The notes beneath the pieces are model-generated. The model searched no databases. It was given only the letters and a program-made list of their open reading frames with translations, and had not been told where the DNA came from. Shown here piece after piece: positions 53,066 through 64,000 of a stretch of DNA of 64,000 nt. Source of the stretch: Squalus acanthias. Taxonomy: Eukaryota. How positions within the stretch are numbered: the stretch's first letter is position 1; each line of letters starts with the position of its first letter. The stretch lies in assembly GCA_030390025.1 (NCBI GenBank), contig CM059432.1, forward strand, positions 61,010,001 to 61,074,000. Direction: 5' to 3'. A program made the translations under genes and the position numbers.

Positions 53066-53193
53066 AATTAATCCATTTCATCGAGCACTGACGCAGCACA
53101 TTTTTTTATGTCACTATGAATGTAGTATTAAGCAAAACAATGAGATATGTGAAATTAAGATGGCTAAGTAAAGAACACTTAATTTTTAATGTA

Positions 53194-53556
53194 CAGGAAA
53201 CTCTTTATTAACCGGCACTGACGGGACCGGCGTGGTGCCGGTTAATCAAAAAGTCCGGATAATGGAGAGTTATATCTCCCAACGTACGAGAGCCCCGTAC
53301 ACATTGACATGCGCCTGCATTCGGAGCTCCGTCTCCCCGGGCACCGGCAGCTGACCATCTGTCGTGTCCGCTGCCTACCCGGGCTGCACATTCCCCTCCC
53401 AATCTACACGCTCCGATACAAGGCAAACGCCTCGGGTTTTTTTTAAAGTTAATTTTAAACGAGAGATGAAGGAAAACCCCGGTTACCTACTCAAGAATTT
53501 TGCCGGTTAAGAGAGATTTCCGGATATTTGGGTGCCGGTTAATAAAGAGTTTCCTG
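53194..53556. mobile_element. Tc1/mariner (pogo/Tigger-like) MITE
   Basis: Perfect 25-bp TIR CAGGAAACTCTTTATTAACCGGCAC with a TA TSD on both sides. Confidence 0.88.
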
Positions 53557-56500
53557 TACTTCTAAAATACCATTCTCAGGACTCTCCACGGAGCCCTAAC
53601 CTGGCATAACTGAAATCAGAATATTTGGATTATAAATTAATAGGAGAAATTATTCATAAGGGTACATCATGCATTCAGAATCTTTTTTCATTTCTCATTT
53701 AAGCTGTCTTTTTGCATAGCTCAGCTTCTGCCTTAGTCTTTAATGTTTACAGCACAGACAACACAAGTTGGCAGCTTATTTGCATTTTGACCTAACTTAT
53801 AGTGACACCAAGAGCCTTCCTTTCTGGCTTGTTGATCGATGGCCCAGTTGGCATATCCTGCTGAATTCAGTACATATGCTAGGAAGCCTCAATAACTAGA
53901 GTATCTGAGAATGGAGATACCCATGTATTACTGATTTCCCTTAATTAAGGAACATTTCTGCTTATAAGCAGAGACTAGAAAATTTTACCAGCAAATATTC
54001 CCCAGACCTTTCGCTACAAACTCATTTTTTGATTCCAGTACCTGAACTCTGATGACTTTTTCAATATTCCTTTATCTGTAAAAGTGGGAGATTCCCTGAA
54101 AAATATAGCTTTAGTAGCAGAGTAACACAAAAGAAAAGGGAAATAGTAATGCCCTACATTAAGTAAAGCTGTACAATTTATGAGAATTTGGTCATTACTG
54201 TTTAAGTAATTAAACTATCATGGGTCCATTTTTGAGAAATAAGAGATAATCACTTAATAATCATTTGGCAATTTATTAGGGAGTCAATCACAGTAAATTT
54301 ATATAATCTGCCATTTTCTCATATATAAATTCATTCTTGTATTGTGAATCACAATCCAAACAGCTCTGATGATATCCTAGTATCCTAGCATAGTACTGAG
54401 CCATACTGACTCAGAAAGTCCAAGGTTCAATCCATAGTCTTTGCTGAGTTAGCTGATCACATTGATTCGTGCATTGGTGTGGACAGTACAATGGATCTCA
54501 GTCTACTCAGATTTGAAAAATTAAAATTGGCTGAAGTTGCTGTTCCTGATTGCTATCTGGTAGTGTGTTGGACATCCTGGAGAGTTGTATGCTGGACATC
54601 TTGGGGAGGAAAGGGTTAATAATCAAACTTCCTTGTATCTTAGAGCAACTGACTTTCCAAGATAAACAGGATGGCTTTGAAGTGTTGTGAGAAGAAAGCA
54701 TAGCTTGTCTTCTTCTTTTAGTATCTGAGTGTTATATACGAAAAGTGCTTGTGCAAGAAAATACGTGACACTAATGAAGTCAGCCATGAGTGATTGAAGT
54801 GTAACTTTGGTGGCTAGGGTAATAAACATAGGTAGAGGGATCCATTAATTATAGTATAGAAAGATAACCGTTAATAAAGCCTGTTCTTCAAAGAGGTTAA
54901 GAACAGTTATGTCAGGAAGTCTTGTTTAAGGGAAATAGCTTTTGAGTAAACAACTACAACTGTTTACATGAATAGACCGTTTTCAAAGGATTCAGGAATA
55001 GATATGTCATGAGGTCTATCTGTTATATGTACCTTTTATATATTCCCACATTACAACAGTGACTACACTTCAAAAGTACTTCATTGGCTGTAAAGCGGTT
55101 TGAGACGGCCAGTGGTCGTAAAAGGCGCTATATAAATGCAAGTCTTTCTTTCTTTTAGGCAAAATATGATGTATAAAGGAGCACGGTTTTCAACAGGTCT
55201 TCAGAGAACTCCAAAGATACGGAAACCGAAAATATGCTCTCTCTAGTTGAGCCGATCACTCATACTAGACATCAATAAAGTCTGTTTCATATACTCCACC
55301 ATCAAGTGTCTTGTGCTTACTCAAAATGTGTTGTTGTGAACCAGTGGAGGAAGGAGGTGGAATGCTAACATAATGCCCAGTGGAAATGTGCATGGTTGAA
55401 TATCAGATGAAGACATGGTAACATTTGGCTATCATTGTTCATAAATGGCTGCTCGGGTTAAGCATAGAAGGGTTACTGACATCTGGGAAAAACCACACCT
55501 CATCATGCATTGCTGTCTATTTGAGGAGAAAAAAGTAATCAAAATCACTTCTTAATTTCACACATTGCAAAGACTTATTTATTGTTAATTTTTAATATTA
55601 ATTTTATTTCACTAAGTTATACATAGTGATTTAAATATTTTAAATGCATATATACATTTTGAAATGTAAGACAGTCTTTCAGTTACGACAGTCTTTCAGT
55701 TACCTGTCAATCTGATATAATTATTTTAATAAATAGTTCATCATTTTGTAGTCCAATTACCTCTTTTCTGCTTTGTGCCCAAATTTTGTACCCTTGTGAT
55801 AAAATGATGTATTTTTATCTAATGTTGGTTTGGTAGCTGTCACTTTAAAACACAATCATTGTGCAAAGGGAGTTTTACAGCCAGCTAAATCCTATCCCGA
55901 TATAATGTTGGGTAGTTTGTTGTATAGTTTCCCTGGTAGCGTACTTTAGAGGAAATTTTACACACTGCATGATTGGCTCAAATTGTATTTGACTGACTGT
56001 TCCTTTTTCAATTTAAGTGGCTCGATATTAAAAATCCAGATGCCATGGTTACTCTTTTCTGGGATACAAAAGAGACAATTGGAAATTCTCTTAAAAGAGG
56101 GAGTATCAAGGTTCTCTTAAGGAAGGCAGTTAGAAGTTGGAAAATCTCAAAGAAGCCATTGGAAAACGTCAAAGTAACTAAGAGATAGTTTGAGAAGAAG
56201 CCAAAGGTTGAAAGTCTTGAAAGAAAAAAGAAATATAGGGGATGAAAATGGAAAAGAAAATCAAGTAGGATGTAAAACGGGCTGCCTGCTGATTCGCTAT
56301 TGCTTATTTTGCGCTATCGCCGAAGACCAATATCACCAAGTTGTTTATAAAATATTAGATTAGTTGTCAGGGATCAAAAATCCATGGGGCCAACATTGTA
56401 AGTGCTGGGATGGATCCACTGGAAATGTCTGCCACTGATTCCGCCAGACTATCAGGAGGTTGCCTCTTTTAAATGTTCCTTGTGGGCGCCCATGGCACTA

Positions 56501-56604
56501 TGGGCGCACCTTGGTTTACAGTGACTGAATAAACATGGGATTATGAGATTTTACCAATGTTTGGGAGATGGGATTTCAAATCAGTGATCTTGTTTGTTTA
56601 TTTA

Positions 56605-56960
56605 TTTTTTATTTGTTCTCGGGATGTGGATGACGCTGGCAAGGCTGCATTTACTGCTATTCCTAGTTGCACCGAGAATATGGTGGTGGGCCTTTTTCTT
56701 CACTGCTGCAGTCCTTGTGGTGATGGTGTTCCCAAAATAGAGTTAGACAGGGAATTCCAGAATTTTGACCCCGTGACAATGAAGAAACAGGCAATATATG
56801 TTCAAGTCAGGATGGTATGTGACTTGAAGGGGGACTTGGAGGTGATGGTATTTTAATGACATTGCTGCCCTTGTCCTCCTAGGTGTCAGTGTTTCAAGAT
56901 GCTGTTTACGTAGGCTTGGTGAGTTGTAGCAGTGCATTAGGTTCCTTATGCAGTACATAC
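56605..56960 (-). mobile_element. LINE 3' fragment of the same family as 1565-4820
   Basis: Reverse-complement similarity to 3350-3618 and 4729-4820. Confidence 0.7.
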
Positions 56961-57739
56961 ATACTATGAGTGAACGTTAACAATGTTGGCATGGCATTTG
57001 AGTGTAACAGCCATCACAGCCATGCTTCATCCTGTCCCGACCAATGCCCACGTGTGCACTTTTTTTAGCAGGGTGCACTGGATAGCAATCAGAAATGAAG
57101 CCAAATGCAGCATCACAACTGTCACTCCACGTTAAGGTCACCCAAGTCAGCAGAGACCAACAATCAAACTTGGGGCCTTTTAATCTATACGATTTAGTAT
57201 TAGACTGGGTGCTGTCTTGACATCCCAGGCCATTATGGAGACTTATGTGTAGATTGAAAACCTGCCGCATGCTGTCTGTTAATTCTTCTATATGCAGTTC
57301 CGAGGAGATCTTAGATTATTCCATCATATGCTACACTGCTTTATCATCTGGGTCCTTTGGATTATCCTTTTATGCAGAGGACAGCTTAACTTTTGCAGTC
57401 ATGTTTAAGGGGAGAAGATAAGTAAGAAAAGCTGGGTCCTGCAATACACTTGTACAATTCTTTTTACCTTTGCACTATTCAGATGTTTCAGTTAGAAGTG
57501 CTGCTACAAGTATATATCTACAATACTACTTGGGACAAACTACAGGTGAAGTGCTATCTAACGCGTTAAGAGCAACAAAATGTGAAAAGAAGTTTTAAAA
57601 TCTTACTGCATTAAAGTCATAATTTCAATACATGAATCCTGATTTTTTTTGAATAACAATAAATCTTTTAAAGCACCAGGATTCTGAAACTGTTCTTTCA
57701 ATATTTTGGATTCCTCATTACTGCGGAGCCAATTGTTGT

Positions 57740-58510
57740 TGACCCCTACTGCTGATGACCCAGTGCTTTGTGATGGACAACTCTCCCAATTTTGGCACCA
57801 GTCCCCAGATTTTAGTGAGGACGTGGCTGGGTCGACTGGGTTGGGGGTGCCTTTGTCGTGTCCTGAGATGCATTACCAAATGGTTCTCACAACCAAGCAT
57901 CAGGTTCTCTTCTGCAGTCTGTGGGTGGGACCTCCATGATGATGCCTCTTTGCAGGGCAAGATTGTGCAGCATCCAGAAGATTACCACGATCCTTAAAAC
58001 CTTAGCTAGGCTGTATTGCAGGATTTCCCGAGATCTATCCAGGCCCCTGAAGAGTTGTTTCAACATGCTAATAGTATGCATGATGATTACTCTGGTGGAA
58101 GCATTAACTTCATTATACCCATGTTCAGTTGGTGTCCTTAGATACTAGAGATTTTATGAGCCACTGCTGCAGACTTACTACCCTGACATTTGTCTTTTTG
58201 TGTCAAAAGTGATGGGATGATGGATTGCTTCAAAATGAAGACATCATAACAGCTGCCTGGGAAATGAGCACTGACATGTATAATGTGGTGCTGATTGTTG
58301 CAACTGAGAGTAGAATCCTTTCCTATTCATGTAGATATTTGAATATGTGAGGAGGCATAAAGCGCCACAGGAATGCAATCCATAACCCCGTGGACACTGG
58401 AGAATCTTGCCACTCTATAAACCTACACAGCTCTCTTATGCTACTGTTGGTTGTCAAATCGGGAAGGAGATGAAATTAATTGCTTGAGCAAACAAGGCAT
58501 CAGTCACTTT
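57740..58510 (-). mobile_element. PIF/Harbinger transposase relic
   Basis: TISMLKQLFRGLDRS..LQYS..IVVIFWMLHNLA and an upstream HFPGSCYDVFILKQS. Confidence 0.7.
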
Positions 58511-58836
58511 CTTTCCTGTTCTTCCCTGCACCTGGACATCCAGGGCAGTTAGCGACTGCTTTTTCTGTAAATAGATTTAAAGGGCTCTATAAGGTAGGAG
58601 CATTTGGAGGCTGCTTCTGCCCCAGTTTTCTTGTTTTTTTCCCCCCTTTAGGTTGTTAGGAACCTCTGGGGCAGTTGTTTCACCCATTTGCTTTATTTTA
58701 ATTATCACCAGAGTAGCACATTTTAAGGGGTAACAAAAAACCTTTTTACCAATCTAAAGGGTATCCAACCACCAACCAAAGCCTCCAGAAGATATATGAA
58801 TGAATCAACACTTCAATCAAGACATTAAGGAAGAAT

Positions 58837-59729
58837 GGAGGAAAAATTCAGTTGGTTGCGCCTCCCGTTAGCGCCTTAAGAGGGTGCTAATGGGGCGCAA
58901 AGCAGCTAGCGCCCGGGCGCGGCGAAGTTTGCGCCGCTCGCGAAATTAACTAGACATTTTGCGGCGGCGCTAAACACTACCGCCACGATCTCCTGCACCG
59001 GCAGATCATGACGTCACTCGAGTGCGCAACGCCCCGGTATCGCCCCGGAGCGGATATTGAGTGGCATCCCCTGCCTTACCGCCTGACGCTAGCAACGACA
59101 GGTTGAGGGGAGCGTTCTGCAGTCATGAAGGGAAAGGGGGAGCGCTATTTAAAGGTGACCGCTTCCTGCCTTTTATTGTTGGTGCCATTTTTGAACTACG
59201 CATTCTGAGAGAGAGAGGTAGAGACTTCTGGAGAGATTCAACGTTGTGTGAAGGAGTTTTGGGTACTGAGCAGCACTTTGCAGGTTCATTTTGATTTGCC
59301 ATTCCTTGTATCGATTTAGCAGAGACTGTGGGGGCTGCACTCTGAGCTCTTGGCCTGGTACTCTCCATTGTTCTTTCCAGCAGATTTGATGTGCAGGTCT
59401 CTCCAGGCCGAGATTCAAGGCTGCAATGAGCAGGATGTGGATGGAAAGCAAGATTAACCATCCCCTTTAAGAACTGGCCCGTGCCATTGTGTGTGTGTTC
59501 CATTGCTGACTGACATTACATGAGCTTCGCCAGCGCTCTGAGGTAGCGCCTTGCTCCTCGGCCTTTGCGCCTTAAGACAGGTGTGAAGCGCCTGATTTAG
59601 CACTGCAATCACCTCCAGGGGCGATAAAAGTGAAGTTTGCAGTCGGTGGCGATAATTAGCGCCAGGCGCTAATCTTTGCGCCCGGCCGATATTTGCGCCC
59701 CAAATGGGGCGCGACTGAATTTTTCCCCC
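58837..59729. mobile_element. Young Harbinger-type MITE, copy A (893 bp)
   Basis: TIRs ggaggaaaaattcagt / actgaatttttccccc and TSD AAT (58834-36, 59730-32). Confidence 0.88.
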
Positions 59730-59814
59730 AATGTGTCTGATTTGAAGAAATATGCCATGAAGCACAATTGTCTTATACCAGTGTATATGAATGAGCATCA
59801 CTAATACATTAGCT

Positions 59815-60945
59815 TGTGGCGGATCACCACCTAAACGGGCATAATCCACTCTTCCGTCCGTGGACAATATATCGAGCACCTTCCCTTTAAGGCACCTTGG
59901 GGGAAAAATTCAGTCGTGCCCCGTTTGGGGCGCAAATATCGGCCGGGCGCAAAGATTAGCGCCTGGCGCTAATTATCGCCACCGACTGCAAACTTCACTT
60001 TTATCGCCCCTGGAGGTGATTGCAGCGCTAAATCAGGCACTTCACACCTGTCTTAAGGCGCAAAGGCCGAGGAGCGAGGCGCTACCTCAGAGCGCTGGCG
60101 AAGCTCATGTAATGTCAGTCAGCAATGGAACACACACACAATGGCACGGGCCAGTTCTTAAAGGGGATGGTTAATCTTGCTTTCCATCCACATCCTGCTC
60201 ATTGCAGCCTTGAATCTCGGCCTGGAGAGACCTGCACATCAAATCTGCTGGAAAGAACAATGGAGAGTACCAGGCCAAGAGCTCAGAGTGCAGCCCCCAC
60301 AGTCTCTGCTAAATCGATACAAGGAATGGCAAATCAAAATGAACCTGCAAAGTGCTGCTCAGTACCCAAAACTCCTTCACACAACGTTGAATCTCTCCAG
60401 AAGTCTCTACCTCTCTCTCTCAGAATGCGTAGTTCAAAAATGGCACCAACAATAAAAGGCAGGAAGCGGTCACCTTTAAATAGCGCTCCCCCTTTCCCTT
60501 CATGACTGCAGAACGCTCCCCTCAACCTGTCGTTGCTAGCGTCAGGCGGTAAGGCAGGGGGCGCCACTCAATATCCGCTCCGGGGCGATCGTTGCGCACT
60601 CGAGTGACGTCATGATCTGCCGGCGCAGGAGATCGTGGCGGTAGTGTTTAGCGCCGCCGCAAAATGTCTAGTTAATTTCGCGAGTGGCGCAAACTTCGCC
60701 GCGCCCGGGCGCTAGCTGCTTTGCGCCCCATTAGCGCCCTCTTAAGGCGCTAACGGGAGGCGCAACCAACTGAATTTTTCTCCCCCTTACCTTTAAGGCA
60801 GGAGTGGGCGGGGCCTCAGGGTTTTTCCAGAGAATTCTGGGAGCTTGCTGTTCAGCCATTTTGTACCATGCAGTGGTATTAAAAAAGTCTCTTGTTTTCC
60901 GCACATGGATTCAGCCTTAATTTGTGTTTCGCGGTAGCCTCAACA
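59815..60945 (+). mobile_element. 5' LTR of Gypsy element 1 (~240 bp once the MITE is removed)
   Basis: TGTGG start and CAACA end directly before the primer-binding site, with ATTAAA at ~60878. The 3' boundary is firm and the 5' boundary is inferred. Confidence 0.7.
59899..60785. mobile_element. Young Harbinger-type MITE, copy B (887 bp), inverted to copy A and inserted in an LTR
   Basis: Near-identical reverse complement of copy A, with TSD CTT (59896-98, 60786-88). Confidence 0.88.
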
Positions 60946-60946
60946 T

Positions 60947-60960
60947 TGGTGACCCCGACG
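60947..60960 (+). promoter_or_regulatory. tRNA-Trp primer-binding site
   Basis: TGGTGACCCCGACG is complementary to the 3' end of eukaryotic tRNA-Trp (..CGUCGGGGUCACCA). Confidence 0.85.
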
Positions 60961-60985
60961 CTCAGAACGTATTCCGAGCACTGCA

Positions 60986-62408
60986 ATGGCGGACACGAAC
61001 GCAGTTTCCGTGAAACTGGCAGAGTTTTTGGAAAACCAGCCCGAAGCCTGGTTTCTCCAAGCTGAATCTCGCTTCCGGCTGCGAAACATCACCACAGACA
61101 GGACGCAGTACGACTACCTCGTCACATCACTGGGTAGCGCCACAGTTTCGAAGGTTTGGACAGCGCTGCAGAACCCACCAGAGGAAGGCAAGTACGCACA
61201 TCTCAAGACAGCGCTCCTTAAAAAATTTACGGCCTCGGCATATCAGCGAAACTGCCACCTCCTCGACCTTCCAGGCCTCGGTGATGCCTCACCGTCAGAC
61301 CTCCTCTCCCACATGCTCTCCCTCACCGACGAGAGCCCACCCGGATCCCTCTTCCGCACGCTGTTCATCCGCCAGCTCCCTCTCAGCATCCGCCCAGCGA
61401 TCGTGGCGTCCGGCCTCACGAACCTGGAAGCCCTGGCCGATGAGGCCGACAAGCTGCTGTCCGCTCACTCCAGCCGCGACGTCACTCCGGACCTGGCAGC
61501 CAATGCCTGGGCGCGTCCCTCACCGGCCACCACGCGGCCACAAGGGCCTGCCACCAGGCCAACGGGGCCTTCACGCCCCACTAACCCGGGCCACTGTTAC
61601 TACCACGCACGGTTCGGCGCCAGGGCACAACGGTGCAGACCTCCCTGCTCTTTCAAGTCCGCCCCCGTACCAGCCCCCGCGATGGCTGTGGGCCACGCGG
61701 GCTCCCTGTTGCTTGTCACGGATGACAAAACCGGCCGCCGGTTCCAGTGCGACACTGGGGCTCAGCACAGCATCATCCCGGCCTCCTCCCTCAACATTCA
61801 AAAGGGCGAACGAGGACCGGCGCTGGCTGCTGCTAACGGCTCGGAAATCCGGACGTATGACACCCGGACAGTCACCCTCGACCTCGCTGGTCGCTGCTAC
61901 CGATGGGAGTTCATCACTGCCAAGGTGCTCTCCCCTCTCATCGGCGCAGATTTCCTGTGCGCCCATGGCCTACTGGTAGACATCCCCCGTCACCGCCTCG
62001 TGGACATGAACACCATGTCCCCCATCCTGGGCGCCATGGCCCCCCGTCAACCCGCCGACATGGCGTCACAGTGCCACGCCCGGGCCACGGATGACTACTC
62101 GGCACTCCTGGCCGAATTCCCGGCCCTTACCAATCCGACCTTCTTCGCGGAGGCCGCCAAACACGGGGTGGAACACTTCATCCCCACCACAGGCCCCCCA
62201 GTGTACGCCCACGCCCGCAGGCTGGACCCGACCAAACTGGAGATCGCGCGGACCGAGTTTGCCACCATGGAACAGCTCGGCATCATCCGCCGCTCCAACA
62301 GTCCCTGGGCCTCCCCACTCCACATCGCCCCCAAACCAGGCGGAGGTTGGCGCCCCTGCGGGGATTACCACCGCCTCAACGACGCCACCACCCCTGGTCG
62401 GTACCCCG
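60986..62408 (+). pseudogene. Gypsy (CsRn1-like) gag-protease-RT polyprotein, interrupted in RT by a second LTR element
   Basis: Gag VKLAEF..PEAWFLQAE, CHCC motif CYYH..FG..A.RC.PPC, protease CDTGA and RT SPWASPLH..WRPCGDYHRLN. The frame breaks at RYPV, where a new LTR begins. Confidence 0.9.
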
Positions 62409-62602
62409 TGTGGTAACACAATACAGCTTCCTGTGACTCGAACTTTATTGCATCACTTCCTGTGATTAGTCCAGGATAAATACTGGACTGAGCAGTTGGA
62501 TCCTGGAGAGGCATAGAGTAAGACCTCTTTTGTATGTAGCACCTTTTTAGTTGATTAAAGCTTACTTTAAGTTCACCACGCGTAAGGCTCATTCTTACGA
62601 CA
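62409..62602 (+). mobile_element. 5' LTR (194 bp) of Gypsy element 2
   Basis: Termini TGTGGTAA / TTACGACA are a 7/8 inverted match. It begins exactly at the break in element 1, with ATTAAA at 62554-59. Confidence 0.8.
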
Positions 62603-62680
62603 ATTTAATCAACTTTGAAAAACTTCGCACTCAAACTTTTTGGACGAACTCGGAACTAAGGACCCAGGGAATCACCCATC

Positions 62681-64000
62681 ATGGAAAACATCCTTAAACC
62701 ATCGCGTCTTGACTTGGACCCAAACACCCCAGCAGCCGGTAAGGTGTGGAAACACTGGTATCGCACGTTTGACAATTTTCTCGAATATTGCAAGGCTGAT
62801 GATGACACAAAGTTGCGGATACTCATCAACTGTGTCACTCCGAATGTATTTCAGTATGTTGAGGAATGGGGCAGTTACGAGGAGGCAATTCGGACGCTTA
62901 AAAGACTATATACTAAGACACCGAATGAGGTCTATGCCAGACATCTACTAGCTACAGCCCAACAAGGGCCGGAGGAATCCATTGATAAATTCCTCCAAGA
63001 GCTTCGCAGACTTAGTATGGACTGTAACTTTCAGGCGGCCTCAGCTGAGCTGTACCGTGAAGAAATGATCCGTGATGCTTTCATCTGCGGGCTTGCCTCC
63101 CCATTTATACGCCAGCGTCTACTGGAAAGTAAGACACTTGAGCGTCAGAGAGCTTATGACATGGCTTGCTCTCTAGATCTGGCAAAAAGAAATGCAGACC
63201 TTTATACAGTGCCCAGACCTCGGTCTGCTGCCTTAACTACAGTCAGGCAATTTAAGAGGCCACAGGTGAACTCTATTAGGGAGGACTTTATTCCTGATGA
63301 TCAATCTGATGACTTCACTGATGAAGAGGATGATGACCCCACTGTGGCAGCCTCTTGGCAATCTAAGAAATGCTTCTTTTGTGGTGATGAGTTTCACCCT
63401 CGGAAATTCTGCCCTGCTCGCAATACGTTTTGCAGTCATTGCAACAAAAAGGGTCATTTTGCAAAGGTTTGCCTATCAAGAGCCTCTACGAGGGCTTATC
63501 AAGCTAAGTCCTACCGAACTGCCCCGGTAAGGGCCTATCAAGATGTTCCGGCTAAAATCTATCGTGCTTCCTCTCGGGTTTTCTCTCGAAGAAACACACC
63601 TAGAGTTTCAGCCACTCTTTGTGCAACGACACCAATTACAGCTGCTTGTCCTCAGAACCTATTCCATGCAGCTACAAAAGCATCAATTAATGGACATACT
63701 TTAGATGCCTTAATTGACTCAGGTAGCACTGATAGTTTCATTAGGGAACAGATTGTTGCAGAGTTAAAGCTACATGTTTTCCCATCGGACCAGGCAATTG
63801 CGATGGCTCAGTCATCACTTAATACCAGAATTTCTGGCTTTTGTATGGTTGAAATAACACTTAATGGTCACAGGTATCCCTCCACCCGGCTTTCGGTGCT
63901 CAAGGACTTATGTAGTGATCTTATCTTAGGGCTGGATTTTCAAAAGCAGCATAAGAAGCTCACCATTGAGTTCGGCGGATCCAAACCTGAACTCACTATT
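62681..64000 (+). CDS. Gypsy element 2 gag-protease polyprotein (Mag-like, two CCHC knuckles), open to the window edge
   Basis: Hand translation gives 440 stop-free codons, absent from the ORF track because there is no stop: MENILKPSRLDLDP..WKHW..IRDAFICGL..IRQRLLE..CFFCGDEFHPRKFC..CSHCNKKGHFAKVC..LIDSGSTDSFI..ILGLDF. Confidence 0.9.
   Translation, partial: MENILKPSRLDLDPNTPAAGKVWKHWYRTFDNFLEYCKADDDTKLRILINCVTPNVFQYVEEWGSYEEAIRTLKRLYTKTPNEVYARHLLATAQQGPEESIDKFLQELRRLSMDCNFQAASAELYREEMIRDAFICGLASPFIRQRLLESKTLERQRAYDMACSLDLAKRNADLYTVPRPRSAALTTVRQFKRPQVNSIREDFIPDDQSDDFTDEEDDDPTVAASWQSKKCFFCGDEFHPRKFCPARNTFCSHCNKKGHFAKVCLSRASTRAYQAKSYRTAPVRAYQDVPAKIYRASSRVFSRRNTPRVSATLCATTPITAACPQNLFHAATKASINGHTLDALIDSGSTDSFIREQIVAELKLHVFPSDQAIAMAQSSLNTRISGFCMVEITLNGHRYPSTRLSVLKDLCSDLILGLDFQKQHKKLTIEFGGSKPELTI

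Noticed and set aside
739..58800. Additional NOL4 exons, such as one ending ..ENGSK
   Set aside because: I saw no matching peptide with splice sites in the ORF track or by eye. Short or divergent exons could have been missed.
59123..60505. Duplicated 126-aa and 92-aa ORFs as a gene pair
   Set aside because: They arise from the two inverted MITE copies and have no recognisable domain.
58837..60785. One large foldback element or an assembly inversion artefact
   Set aside because: Each arm has its own TIRs and a distinct TSD, and the arms differ by CpG-type changes and a small deletion. Read support is still unverified.
61243..62465. Overlapping alternative-frame ORFs in the Gypsy gag-pol
   Set aside because: These are expected by-products of high GC content and carry no motifs.

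Overview
This is vertebrate genomic DNA, most likely from a cartilaginous fish, judging by CR1 LINEs with an esterase ORF1, DeuSINE-type SINEs and GC-rich Harbinger MITEs. The only host coding sequence I can support is one 180-bp exon of a NOL4-family gene on the minus strand (559-738). The remaining ~63 kb looks like its upstream intron, densely filled with nested transposable elements. These include two young CR1 LINEs lying tail-to-tail (one full length, one with an intact 983-aa ORF2), many CR1/L2/Tx1 fragments, SINEs, PIF/Harbinger relics and MITEs, and a Tc1/mariner-type MITE. There are also two Penelope-like inserts (a perfect 102-bp palindrome, and a piece with a minimal hammerhead ribozyme) and two nested Gypsy LTR retrotransposons at the right end. 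The most notable signals are: (1) the inner Gypsy has no tRNA primer site but has an 11-nt perfect complement to its own LTR, suggesting self-priming or poly(A)-signal occlusion; (2) two ~99% identical MITEs sit inverted 169 bp apart, one of them inside an LTR; (3) the hammerhead motif; (4) the two CR1s have near-identical ORF2s but divergent ORF1s, and doubled 3' ends. Family names come from motif recall, not database searches. Boundaries of old elements are approximate.
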